Of a stretch of 64,000 nt of DNA, positions 49,620 to 62,275 are shown one piece after another. The position numbers were made by a program, and so were the translations under genes. Numbering within the stretch: position 1 is the first letter of the stretch; every line of letters starts with the position of its first letter. Origin of the DNA: Octopus vulgaris (lineage: Eukaryota); assembly GCA_951406725.2 (NCBI GenBank), contig OX597816.1:176886001-176950000 (forward strand), read 5' to 3'. The notes below the pieces were generated by a model that saw only the letters and a list, made by a program, of their open reading frames with translations, made no database searches and was not told where the DNA came from.

Positions 49620-50519
49620 TTAAGAGTTCTGTATAATTCACAAGTGCTTTGTTCAAATTCTTCTATGGAGAATGTAGACGGATATTGCTAGAAATACATC
49701 CCTGATAAACTGGGAAGTTGTGACAATCATGTTAGACACAAGAAGCATTAGTGCTACAACAAAAATAATATGGCTCCTATTAAATCTGAAAACTGAGATG
49801 TGGATTTAGTTTTCTTGAATTCCTTTGCTGCTATTCACAACAATGGTATAAGGCCAGAACTTTGGGGGAACGGGGTTGGTCAATTAAATCAGCTTAACTG
49901 GTACTTTGTAGGGCTGGTGCTAGAAAGTGCAGGGCCCAATTAGAGAATTGTCAGTGGGACCCTACAGTGGGACTCTACAAAAGCAAAGATTGAGGTTTTA
50001 TGCTCTGTGTAGTATGCCAATCCCAGCTGAAAAGTGTTGAGGGCTTGAGGCTCTACCATTAGTCACAATGATATACTAAAAATTGAAAGCTCATATGAAA
50101 GTTTTAATGTTTTATTACTAGTCAAACCTGTGTATGGAACGCTCTCTTGGTGCAAGGCCCAATTTGAAAAATTCTGTCTAATTTGCTTAAAATCAGCCCA
50201 AGCACTTTGTTTTATCAACCTTAGAAAGTTGAATGGCAAAGTTGACCTTGGTGGAATTTGAATTCAGAATGTAAAGAGCCATAACCAAATATTATAAAGC
50301 ATTTTGTCTGACACTATAATGATTCTGTAAATCTCTCTGCTGACATTTTCAATAATAACAAGAATAATGATTTGATAGTACACCAGCATGGCCCCACCTG
50401 TCAACAGTACTTCTGACAAATGTATAAGCCTACACATTTAGGGAAGAGGTAAGATCACCTTTGATTTCATCCAATTTCAGATTTCAAGTTACTTATGAAG
50501 TCAAATTTATGGAAAGTCT

Positions 50520-51776
50520 TTTTTGTAAACAGAATGGTAGAGTATTCTGTGTGGTGGCAAAGGGCCTCTCGCTCAGAGTAAAAGGTAGACCGTATGACGC
50601 ATGTATGTGAACAGCCATGCTACATAGCAGTGAAACATGGGCCGTGACTGCTGAGGACATGCGTAAGCTCGCAAGGAATGAAGCCAGCATGATCTGCTGG
50701 ATGCGTAATGTCAGTGAGACAAAAGTTGGATTTAAGAAGCATCAGATGTGGTGTGCAATGGAGACGACTGTGCTGGTATGGTCATGTGGCGAGAATGGCT
50801 GAGGATAGCTGTGTGAAAAAGTGTCACACCCTAGCAGTTGAGGGAACCTGCGGAAGAGGTAGACTAGACCCAGGAAGACCTGGGATGAGGTGGTGAAGCA
50901 TGACCTTTGAACATTGGGCCTCACCGAGGCAATGACTAGTGACCAAGACCTTTGGAGATATGCTGTGCTTGAGAAGACCCAACAAGCCAAGTGAGAACAT
51001 AGCCCATGGCCTATGCCAGTGGGTGTAACCAGTCCCTCTATGAGTACCCCTCATTCATTAGACAATGAACTTTGCTTGCGAAGACCTATTGAGGCAAGTG
51101 TAAACAAATCAAAATCACTGATGTGGTTGATGACAGTACTGCCTGATTGGCACTTGTGCCAGTGGGTATTGCCTGATTGGCACTCGTGCCAGTGGAACGT
51201 TAAAAGCACATCCGAACGTGGGGTGTAATCAGCCCACTTATGAGTACCTCTCATTTATTGGACAATGAACTTAGCTTGCAAAGACCTATTGAGGCAAGTG
51301 TAAACAAACCAAAATTGTTGAAGTGGCTGATGACAGTACCAACTGATTGGCACTTGTGCCAGTGGGTATTGCCTGATTGGCGCTCGTACCAGTGGAACGT
51401 TATAAGCACATCCGAGCGTGACCATTACCAGGGCCATGGATTATTGCCAGCGTTGCCTTACTGGCACATGTGCCAGTGGCAAAAGAAAAACAACATTCGA
51501 GTGTGGTCATTGCCAGTGCCGCCGGACTGGCAGGTAGTGCTTAAAAACACCTTTGGAGCGTGATCATTGTCCGAACCACCTGACTGGCCCTTGTGCTGGT
51601 GGCATGTAAAAAGCACCCACTACACTCTCGGAGTGGTTGGCGTTAGGAAGGGCATCCAACTGTAGAAACTTTGCCAGATCAAACTGAGCCTGGTGCAGCC
51701 TCTGCCACACCAGTCCTCAGTCAAACCATCCAACCCATGCCAGCATGGAAAGTGGATGTTAAATGATGATGATGAT
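50520..51776 (+). mobile_element. RTE-clade LINE 3' end with tandem-repeat 3' UTR
   Basis: KGRPYDAC..AMLHSSETW, RRLCWYGHVARM, GRGR.PRKTW, DLWR motifs typical of RTE C-termini; family C tail and (GAT)n. Confidence 0.85.
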
Positions 51777-52088
51777 TTTATGAGAAGACAATCTCGACAA
51801 AGCTTTCCAACCGAGAGACCAGCAACAGCAACAGACACGATAGCAATTATCCCCAGTTTTTTTCTAAATGAAGGATCTTGAAATGTGAGTTAATGTTTGT
51901 TAGGTGTCTCCTTTGCAGACTTTAGTAAGGACTGTTGCAATATAGTATTAAGTAGATGTTTGAAATACATAAGTAAAATCTGAAAGCAAATTTGAGTGAT
52001 GGTACCATTTTGTATTACTTACTCCTCTATGTAGGAAAGGTTTTATACCGACAACATGTGAGGCAAACAATATCAAATTTATCCGTAC

Positions 52089-52218
52089 CAATGATGATAA
52101 ATATAGATCAGGTTGGGTAAAGTCATCAGAAGGAATATGACAGTATGTGTCCCCCTTGGAACTGGCCTGAATAAAACTACCATATTCAGATGGCAAGTTG
52201 CTTTTCCTTCGACCATTT
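52089..52218 (-). CDS. Juxtamembrane cytoplasmic exon of the same gene
   Basis: poly-T cag| acceptor; phase 2 join completes Lys, then NGRRKSNLPSEYGSFIQASSKGDTYCHIPSDDFTQPDLYLSSL|gtacgg (basic stop-transfer RRK). An alternative in-phase donor lies at 52023. Confidence 0.65.
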
Positions 52219-52560
52219 CTGAAAAAAAAAAGTAAGATTAGAGGAAACAATATAAAAGAATTAAAAATAAAAGGGGAAAAAAGATGTACAAATCTAAAAA
52301 GTAGAATTGGTGCTGTTAGGAAATCCCCCATTAATAGACATAATGTAACAATGGAACTTAACTAATAAAAAAAATGTATGAAGTGAACAATAACAACTAG
52401 AATATTTAAAATTGGAAATGGATGTCTATATAAAGTTCATCATTTCCATCTAAGGCAATTTTTCTCAAGCAAAAAAGACAAAACTTAATAGTCTTTAAAC
52501 ATAAATGGCTACTCTTTCTGTAAGAAGAGACAAAACTTATCTGGACATTTATATCCATCA

Positions 52561-52940
52561 CTAGCAGTATCGCCCGGCGTTGCTCGGGTTTGTAAGGGAA
52601 ATAACTATATAAGCATTTTTAGAGAGTTATAGCCAAAAAATAGCAAAAAAAATGCATTAAAAATGGAAAAAAAATTATGGTAAATTTTTTTTTAAATCGT
52701 TGACTCATCGTAGACATTTTTAGAGAGTTACTTCCCTTATATAATAGCAAAGAAAAATGCATTAAAAATGGAAAAAAAATGATGGTAAATTATTTTTTAA
52801 ATCGTAGACTCCTTGTAGACGCGTGCTAATACCCAGAAGGGCTCGATACCTGGTTTTGGTTAAACTGCACTGCAAAATGTGGGAGTAAGGAATCTAAATC
52901 GTAGGAGACAGACACACCACTTCACTTTTATATATAAAGA
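52561..52940 (-). mobile_element. Non-autonomous Helitron (second copy)
   Basis: Same termini and body as 5662-6059, with small deletions. Confidence 0.88.
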
Positions 52941-53385
52941 TTTCTGACTTGGCAACCAGAAGTTTAGAAAATGGTTAAGGATAAGACAAGGAAGATTGAT
53001 TCAGTCATTGTAGTGTCATATAATTCTTTAGTATTTATTGCTGTGTGAACTGAATGAAGCTTGAAATCTCAAAGCAATGAGATACAAAACTAAGTGACTA
53101 AATAAGTATTACATTTGACTGAGTAATCTGAATGCTAAAGGGTCAAACATACTCCAAACTGACAGAAATTTAGATTATAAACATTATTAATCAAAGGGTT
53201 CTATGAATATGTTCTTTTCAGCAAATTATGTTTATAAGGTGAAAAATGCTGAGCTGACTTATCTATTGTGGACAATTCACTTCATTACACCCTTAAGAAA
53301 TGCATGAATGTTAATACTTCCCAAAAATATATGGCCTTTATGGTTTGTCTGAAGAAACCAATACAAAAATTTACAATACAGCAAA

Positions 53386-53453
53386 TTTGACAGCAAATTA
53401 TTGGTGAACTAGTTTTGGTACCAAAACTAGTTCACCAATAATTTGCTGTCAAA
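53386..53453. repeat. Perfect 68-bp spacerless palindrome
   Basis: TTTGACAGCAAATTATTGGTGAACTAGTTTTGGT|ACCAAAACTAGTTCACCAATAATTTGCTGTCAAA. Confidence 0.95.
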
Positions 53454-56400
53454 ACGACAATTGTCAGAAGTGAAATAGTGTTATCCACGGGAGATAACTT
53501 TTACAGAAATGAAAACATTCAATAACTTTTTATTGGTTTTGAAAACTGGTCGAAGGCGGCGAAATGAATATATATGAGTATATCGTTTTATCAGTACTAA
53601 ATTCAAGATTAGTTTAGTTTATATTTTTTTTATTTATTCAGTTATAATGACAGTAATATATTGTTAATATAATTAATATTGATATGATGGTTCATTGTAC
53701 CTGTTGTTAGGGTGACACGTTTGAACAGGAAATTCAAGTTTTACTATATACCATGATAACTTATTGCATCGTCGTACAGATCGGCAGTAGATTAAATCAA
53801 CCTCAGTATATAACTGGTATATTTTATCGATTTTGAAAGTAGGAAAGTCGAAGTTGACCTTGGAGACGTAAGAAGCTAACATCACCAATTTCAGTTCATC
53901 AAAAAAATTTATATGACCCCCTACAATGATTCATTACATAGAAACAGGAATGGCTAAGAACATGTTTTTGGCTGCACTCAAACTGTGGTGTAGGGTAATT
54001 ATCCCAATAATGTGTTGAAATTATTTCACTAAATTTGTACAGAAATTCTAATTTCTACTCAGTAAAGTTAATTAAATCTTCAGCATATATTATTTATTTG
54101 TCAGGTTACTTCTGTTTTTTTTATCATAAAGGATTAAAATGGTTTCTGCTGCTCAGTAACAATGTCTGAATATTGTAACAAAATAACAACTGTTTGGATT
54201 CTTGAAAATCTTTAGGCAGTTAAGGTGAAGTCTAGAAGAAATATATGTTATCACTCAGGCCCCACATAACCAAAATCCAAAGAGAAACTAAAGGGAATTA
54301 CTTATAGCTCTCTTGAACAAATTATAGCATATTTTATAGTAAATCTATCCATCCCTGCCCTTTATAAATTAAAAAATTTACTAACCCTTTAGCATTTAAA
54401 TTAATCATATCCAGCCCAAATTGTCCAGGCAATTGTCAGGACATTACGGCCGTCTTTTGGTTTCGTTTTAGTTAAGAACTTTTTAAGGCTCAAATTGTTG
54501 CTGTTCTTCAAAGAAGCACGAACGTAACATGAAGCAAATTACATGATAAGATAATTAGTTATCTAGTGTCTTATTAAAGAATTTCGAGACTTTTAGCATT
54601 TGTAAGATCATTGATTTTTATGAAATAAATAAGACTACTTTCTTATGTTGTTGTTCTAGAGAAAATGGCAGTTTTTCTGCAAGTCTGAGAAAATAAGACT
54701 ACTTTCTTATGTTGTTGTTCTAGAGAAAATGGCAGTTTTTTCTAGCGGTGTCATATGAAATTGTCACCCATAATTATGAGCCTAGCATTGATCTATTGCA
54801 TTTCAATCTATTTTAGATTTAGGGTTAGGGGTGGGGGAAGGGTATCTTTTTTTCATCACAAATGTAAATAAACCCAATCTGTTTCTTAAACAAGGGACAT
54901 ATTCATACGGCACAGAATGCTTTCACCTCAATAGACGTCATTGATTGGTTGAAATTGCCGAAATGCAAATGGAGATTTAGCAGCTACTTTTAACAAGTAG
55001 ATTGACTACTTTGAAGCTTCCTAAGAAAACAAAGTGCTGCTTATAAGCAGGGATCTTTTTCCTGAGCAAAATATCCCATCTACTGGTATTACTGCTACAT
55101 GTTTTATCAATCCTGCTTAAATACATTGACAAGATTTGAAGTAAGAAATGGGCAACATTGAAGTAGTGGGTGGTGACTCTCTACTGATGTAACAGTTAAA
55201 TTACGTTAAACACTGACAACTTCAAAATGTCTTTTTACAGAACATTTTGCAATTTTAATTAAGTAAATCTTGAAACAAGAGAACCAAACATTAGAAAAGC
55301 ACGAACAGAGGATGACTATAGTATTTATTTTATTTTATTTTATTTTATCTAGTTTCAGCTCACGAGCTGTGGCCATGCTGGGGCACCGCCATTTGGTAAT
55401 CATTAAAGGGAAACAATAGTATTGCTAAGTGGTAGGAGAGTAAAATAAGCAAAAATCAAAAAATGCCAGTGACATAATCGTTTGACACAACGCAGGAAAC
55501 ACTTTTGTACTATTTTTTTTATTAGCTTGGTTGTTTGTACACCTGTACAAAGATTGCACTCACACACACACACACACACACACACACCTATGTATATGTC
55601 ATTAACCTTCAATCAGTATGGGGAGGTGGAGTAAAAAAATTAATGAGACTAGAAGAATGCAAGCAGTAAAAAGAAACTAAGAAAAAAGAAAAGATTACAA
55701 CAAGAGGCTGGGTCAAGCTGCTTATTAACAAAGAAAGCGAAACAGGTGAGACTTCCTGTTGTCTTAAAAGATAAAAGGTATTTAAGATAGAGAATCAGAT
55801 AATGAGAATAATTTAGCTTATCACACTGGGTCTACAGGGACTATGGCTGGTACTCTCTAACAAGAAGAATATAACATAGAGTTATAATTATCTTTAAATA
55901 AACTTTGACTGAAATATGAATTACAAACACTTTCTACTGAAACTATTGTAGGATATCTTTATAAATTGTAATCAAGAAAATAAAATTTGGGAGAGAATTT
56001 CAGGCTTTCTGAGATAAGGCAAAGATGATGAAATAAAATGCATTTTACTAAGAAATGGTTAAATTGCTTTAAATAGCTTCTACATTTCTGATTTCAACAC
56101 TGTTAATGACTACTTAAAAAAGTAAAAAAATAATCTGAAAATAATGTGAGCCTTAACTTTTAAAGTAAAATCAGCAATCAGTTACTGCAAAATAAGATTA
56201 ATTGTAGAATTAAGATGTATTTTAGACCAATGAACTGTTGATATACTTGTGAGGGAAATATAAAAATCATCTTCATTTAAGGTGCTTTTCATCAAATGTG
56301 GTTTAGTGAAGACGTTATACAAGCTAGCTAGTGTCAGTGATAAAACTATTTCCACCAGAAAAGCCAAAAAACATAAAAACTCTCTATAATAACCATAGAA

Positions 56401-56990
56401 ACTAATATGATAACCACTGTTATCAACCCAGTAATTTTTAGAAGTTTTGTCACCAAGGAATTTTATTGGTGAGCTTTGATTTTTTTTCTATTATATATTT
56501 TTTACTAGAAATAACCGTATTGCTACTATAATGGTTTCTATTCTTCTGGTGTAGTAGACTACAAACCTTTTTACCAAGGCATACCTGATACAGTTGTCTC
56601 TCTATTGCCTATCATTCTTACCAATAGCCATAACTTTCTATGTCTTTAACCCATTTGATATTAACAACTCCAACCACATTTTTTCTTGAATGTATTGACC
56701 TGTAAGTATGTTCAAACTGAACATCAACAGACCAGAAGGACCTGCTAAAGTCATAGGCATTACCCCTATACTCTAACTAACTAATTAACTTATTGACTGC
56801 AGACTAATTTCAACAATGTTTATGATTAAGGTATAACATGACTAGACTCTACAGTTATTTATTCTGTTGAAGAATCTTTGCTTTGTACAGATCTAAATAC
56901 ATAAAAGGTTTGTTTATATATCCTGTACAAAACCAATTGGTATCATTGTCTGTAATGGATTTAGAATACTGTATACATTGATTTTTATAT

Positions 56991-57150
56991 ACAGGAGTGG
57001 CTGTGTGGTAAGTAGCTTGCTAACCAACCACATGGTTCCGGGTTCAGTCCCACTGCATGGCATCTTGGGCAAGTGCCTTCTGCTATAGCCCCGGGCTGAC
57101 CAATGCCTTGTGAGTGGATTTGGTAGACGGAAAACTGAAAGAAGCCCGTC

Positions 57151-57204
<54 letters not shown>

Positions 57205-57411
57205 TTGTGTGTCTGTGTTTGTCCCCCTAGCATTGCTTGACAACCGATGCTGGTGTTTACATCCCCGTTACTTAGCGGTTCGGCAAAAGAGACCGATAGA
57301 ATAAGTACTGGGCTTACAAAGAATAAGTCCCGGGGTCGATTTGCTCGACTAAAGGCAGTGCTCCAGCATGGCCGCAGTCAAATGACTGAAACAAGTAAAA
57401 GAGTAAAAGAG
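56991..57411 (+). mobile_element. SINE family A
   Basis: Near-full forward copy, followed directly by SINE family E (~57418-57768). Confidence 0.9.
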
Positions 57412-58211
57412 ATATGCTAAGGCACATGGCTCAGTGGTTAGGGCATCTGACTTACAATCGTGAAGTTGTGAGTTTGATTCCTAGAATGGGCTCAATGTTG
57501 TGTTCCTGAGCAGGACACTTTATTTCATGTTGCCTCAGTTCACTCAGCTGTAAAAATGTGTTGCATCATCACTGGTGCCAAGCTGTATCGGCCCCTTTGT
57601 CTTTCCTTTGGACAACATCCATGGTGAGGAAATGGGAGACCAAAATTGCATGGGTGACTGCTGGTCTTCCATAAACAATCTTGCTTGGACTTGCGCCTTG
57701 GAGGGGAACTTCCTAGGTACAATCCCATGGTCATTCATGACTGAAACGGGGTCTTTACACTTTACCCTATATATAATTTGGTGGATCTTCATCATGTGCT
57801 CTAACTATTTATCAAACAGTTAAAAAATAAAGATGACTATATAAGAGAGGGAACAAGTGACAAAATGAGAATGAAATATTTTGTAAACAAATGATAATAC
57901 AAAGATGCAGAGATTAGAGAATGGTTGTTAATTGGACTGTAATCAGGCTGGAACATCACCATCAAAGGTATAATTACTAACCCACTATTTATAGTCTGCT
58001 ACTTATTTTATCAACTTTCTGAAGGATGAAAATCAAAAGGCAAAATTGACTAGACTGGAATTTGCACTCAGATCCGGATAAACCAACCAACACAAGGTAT
58101 TTTGTCCAAAACTAATGTCTCTACCCTCCATCCTTCCTAAGTTCCTAAGTTTGTCATTTTATCTATTTATTTACTGCAGAAAGCACTGATACTGGAAGGT
58201 TTGCAAAAGAA

Positions 58212-59765
58212 TTATTATAATAATAATAATAATAATAATGAAATTATTGTATCCAGTGCTCAGGTGCACCACAACTTATCAGAAAGTGCGTATAAAGCAT
58301 ATGCAGTAATGTAGAAATGTCTGGAAAGCGAACAATGTATGAGTCAGATACATGCTTGTGTGTGTATGGAGGGGAGAAAATCAAGTGTAGTGTTGGCGAA
58401 TCTCAGGAAGCATGGAAGTTTTGAAGGATGCAGTGCTCCGACAACTAACAACTGATGCTGGCAGTTTGTTCCATGCTTCAGCAACTCTCAGCGTGAAAAA
58501 ATGTTTCCTGAAGTCATGGGAGCTGTGCTGTTTTCTGACTTTGTAAATATGTCCATGGGTGTTAGATGGGTGGAGTTTGAAAAGGTGCTCAGAGTTATTG
58601 TTTGTACGATGGTTAATAATTTTATGGGTGTCTGCCAAGTCAGCTGCCAGACGTCGGAGTTTCAATGTGTCCATGCCCAGGGAAGTAAGGCGTTCAGGAT
58701 ATGGCAAATGCCTGATGGAGAGTATTCTTTTGGTTGCACGTCGCTGAACAGCTTCCAGACGATTGATATCCTGGGCAAGATAAGGGTTCCAGACCGGTGA
58801 TGCAAATTCCAGGTGAGGTCTTACCATAGCTATATAAAGCCGCAGATAGATAGCCGGAGAGCGGCTCACAAAGGATTTGGTGAGTGATGCCAAGACACCC
58901 TCAGCCTTCTTGACAATTTTAGCGATGTGTTTTGTCCAACGCAAATCACTGTCGACAATAACACCCAGGTCACGTTCACATGAAGACTTTTTGAGACTAG
59001 TGTTGTGGAGGGAATAGGTGGACGCTGGGTTTCTCCTCCCAAAATGCATGGTGGTACATTTGTTCACAGCCAGCTTGAGTTGCCAGTCCATGATCCACTG
59101 CTGCATTGTGTCCAGGTCTGCTTGCAATAGAGATCCATAGTGTACAGGATTTGACCTCTTTATTTCGAGGTACAGCTTGATGTTATCTGCATATTTCAGC
59201 ACTGTGGCATACTTTAAGTTGGCATCTATGTCATTAACATATGCAACAAATAAAAGGGGGCCAAGAACAGATCCCTGTGGTACACCAGATGTCATCTCAT
59301 AGGGCGAAGAGTGCTGTCCTAGAACTGTGACAACCTCTTTTCGGCTGAAAATAAAGGACTTCAACCAGTTATAGAGTCCGTCTATTACACCCAATGCAGA
59401 AAGCCTCACCATAAATCTTTTGTGTGGCACAGAGTTAAAAGCCTTAGCAAAGTCCAGGTAAACAACATCCACCCAGGATCCGCGATCAGTGATTTGGGTA
59501 ACGTCCTCAAGAAACTCGATGAGTTGATTACAGCAGCTGGAGTTAGGAATAAATCCGAATTGTGACGGCTGGATGAGGCTGTGAGACTTCCAGAAGGTTT
59601 TTCTGACACAGGATTCCATCAGTTTGGCGATGCAGCTAGTAAGACTGACGGGGCGATAGTTGACAGGCGATGTGCGGTCGCCTTTTTTGAACAGAGGGAT
59701 GACACTGGCAGTTTTCCACTGTTCTGGAGTAACACCATTGTCAAGACAGAATTGGAAGAATAGAG
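58212..59765 (-). mobile_element. CR1-clade LINE, 5'-truncated, RT frame still open
   Basis: YRPVSLTS, DVVYLDFAKAFNSVPH, SGVPQGSVLGPLLF, YADN (catalytic D to N), ERDLGV, RPHLEFASPVWNP, FFTLRVAEAWNKLP; (TTA)n 3' tail at ~58212-58240. Confidence 0.92.
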
Positions 59766-61696
59766 AAAGTTGGCTTAGAAGAAAGTACCCACCGCGTTTG
59801 AGAAGTTCTATGATGGGGTTCTTACAATGGATTTCAGTGCACTGTGCCTCCTGCACACCCACTCATCCCTTTTCATATTATTTTGCGTCTTTGTCCTTTC
59901 TACACTACAATAAAACGGTAGATACTTTCATCAGTAAGAACAATGGTTAGATTTCGTTGTCCTTAATCCCAAGTCAAAAGGCTGAATACTGCTATTATAT
60001 ATTAGCCCGACTTTTGAGAAATATCAGTCAAGAGGTATTTTAATTAGTGTTGTTAATATTTTCTTCTGTTTTCATGGCTTTACTTGTATCGATATGTAAC
60101 ATGATTCTATACACTGACAATTGAATCCATAATATAACAGAATGAAGGGTCATATAAAAGACCAAAAAAAGATTAAAGGATAATTAATGAAATTGCTTAA
60201 ACAACACTGAACTCCTGTGTTACGATAATTCTCTCCAGGAGCTGAAAAGCTGAAATGTGATTGCACCCCATCTTACCATTCTAATTTGATTCTCTTGTAA
60301 GTTACAAGAAAATACTTTGAACAGAAAAATAGTAGTATAAATATTATTTCCCTGGGTGGTAAATTGTTAGAGAAATCAACTGATAAATCTAATAAGAAGA
60401 AATTAGATGTGTCTCAACTGTGTTTGGTAGCAGTCTAGCTCTATCCAAGATGTATAGATTTAGAAATATAGGTCAAGCTATCAAATGACATAGCAAAAGT
60501 TTTACACCAATTTCAAAGTCTTAAAATTGTTTTATAGTTTTGATTATGTTATGTCAAAGGACTGATTATTTCTGTAAAATGAATTAATGTGACTGTAAAT
60601 AAATACACTGAAATGAGATACTTTGAGGCATGCTGTTTTCCCATTGAATTTTAATGTTACTCTAATATGTGTTTATAAAAACGAATATGAAACATTTCAA
60701 AAACTTCATTTATTTAATAATTTCATTTTGATGAAATGTGATCTGTGAGAAGAAGGTGCTATTACCCTTTGTGAATGCCAGACCAAAGTAAGAAATTTTT
60801 CACAGCTTTTATTGCAATTTTAGTGTTGTTGATACTAATAGTTAGAATTTGAAATTTAATTCATTGTTGAATTCAGATTCCCTTAGTTTAAAATAATTTT
60901 CAGATATAGAAAAATATACATATATTAAAATTCATATTAGTTTATAATAGATTTATACTCAAATATTAATTAAACAAAAAACTTTATGATGAGTAAGCAT
61001 ATATATATAGTTACTTGTTCCCATTGCTTTATGCACCCAACCATATAATCTAAATCCATTTTCATCATTCTAAGATTTCTAAAGTGGATGAGTTCTTACA
61101 AAATCTTACAATTAAGCTGAATGTATGAACTTGCACCTCATGTACACACACTAATTGGATTATCTCTTCTTAATTTATTACATGCTTTTAATTAACAAAT
61201 TGCCAGTCTCCTCTTTTGATCCTTCTTTTCTAATCCTCATTTATTATTATTTTCAATTGAAAAATGTTTGAAAAAAGTTACCCTAAAATGATTACAGAAA
61301 TTGATATATAATCATGGAAAAAGTTAAAAATTTTTTTACAAAATATTAAAAATGTTGTGTACCATGGAGATATTAAACAGGAATTGAGATAAAAAGTAAA
61401 ATGGTACAAAAGATAATGAGAAAAGAAAGTCATAGAAATGATTATTAAGATACATGAGTAGACTTAAATACTATATTACGATTACCTAAAAATGGTATGT
61501 ATATACCTTAAAAGCTCTATAGCATAAATTCTAAGGTGTTATCTAAAACATTTATGATCGAAACCATAGAAATTGGAGGAAAAAATATTTAACAAGATGT
61601 GTTACACAAAACTATGAAAATTTTTTCATTATTTTGATATTCAAAATAATTATACAACAAATGTAAAATAAGAAAATTGGTTTATTAAATACTTAC

Positions 61697-61805
61697 TTGA
61701 AACATTTGCACAGAAAATATATCAAGGCAATGGACATTATTAAAGTAAAAAATGCCAGCAAAGTTCCTATAGCTATGACAGCACTTGTAAGGTAGTGGCA
61801 TTGTC
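61697..61805 (-). CDS. Transmembrane-segment exon of an unidentified single-pass membrane protein
   Basis: ctctgcag| ... aa|gtaagt on -; QCHYLTSAVIAIGTLLAFFTLIMSIALIYFLCKCF(K), a ~23-residue hydrophobic run followed by Cys/Lys. Confidence 0.7.
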
Positions 61806-62218
61806 CTGCAGAGTCAAACAAGGCATTAAACAATGGTTTATAACATACATTTCATTCTATACTAATTCAAAAAGGAAATTATTAACAAATTACCTCAAGA
61901 TTGTAAGGCTCTACTTGTGGAAAATAAAGACAAAAGTAATGATGTAATGAAAAATGACAGGAAAGAAGAGATAAAAAAAAAGATGAAATTTCTAGGTATT
62001 TCTATAAATGAGATAAATTTTCAGTATGAGGCTATAATGATTAATTGTGTCATCACATTGAGGTTTCTGCTTTTTACATACTTTTTGTCAGCTAATGGCA
62101 AAACCAACCTATCCTATTTAGTTAGAGAATATGTCAAGCAGAAAAGGTATTAAGAGTAAGTATTTTGATATACTGATGTACCAAATTCTACTTGTAGTCT
62201 GATTATTATTACTGAAAA

Positions 62219-62275
<57 letters not shown>

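Noticed and set aside
54819-54831. TTAGGGTTAGGG telomere-like motif
   Set aside because: Only two units, inside an apparent repeat fragment; not an interstitial telomere array.
58381-59862. 493-aa ORF as an active or domesticated reverse transcriptase
   Set aside because: It is 5'-truncated with no endonuclease, YADD is mutated to YADN, and the N-terminal ~33 aa come from flanking DNA; best read as a young dead CR1 copy.
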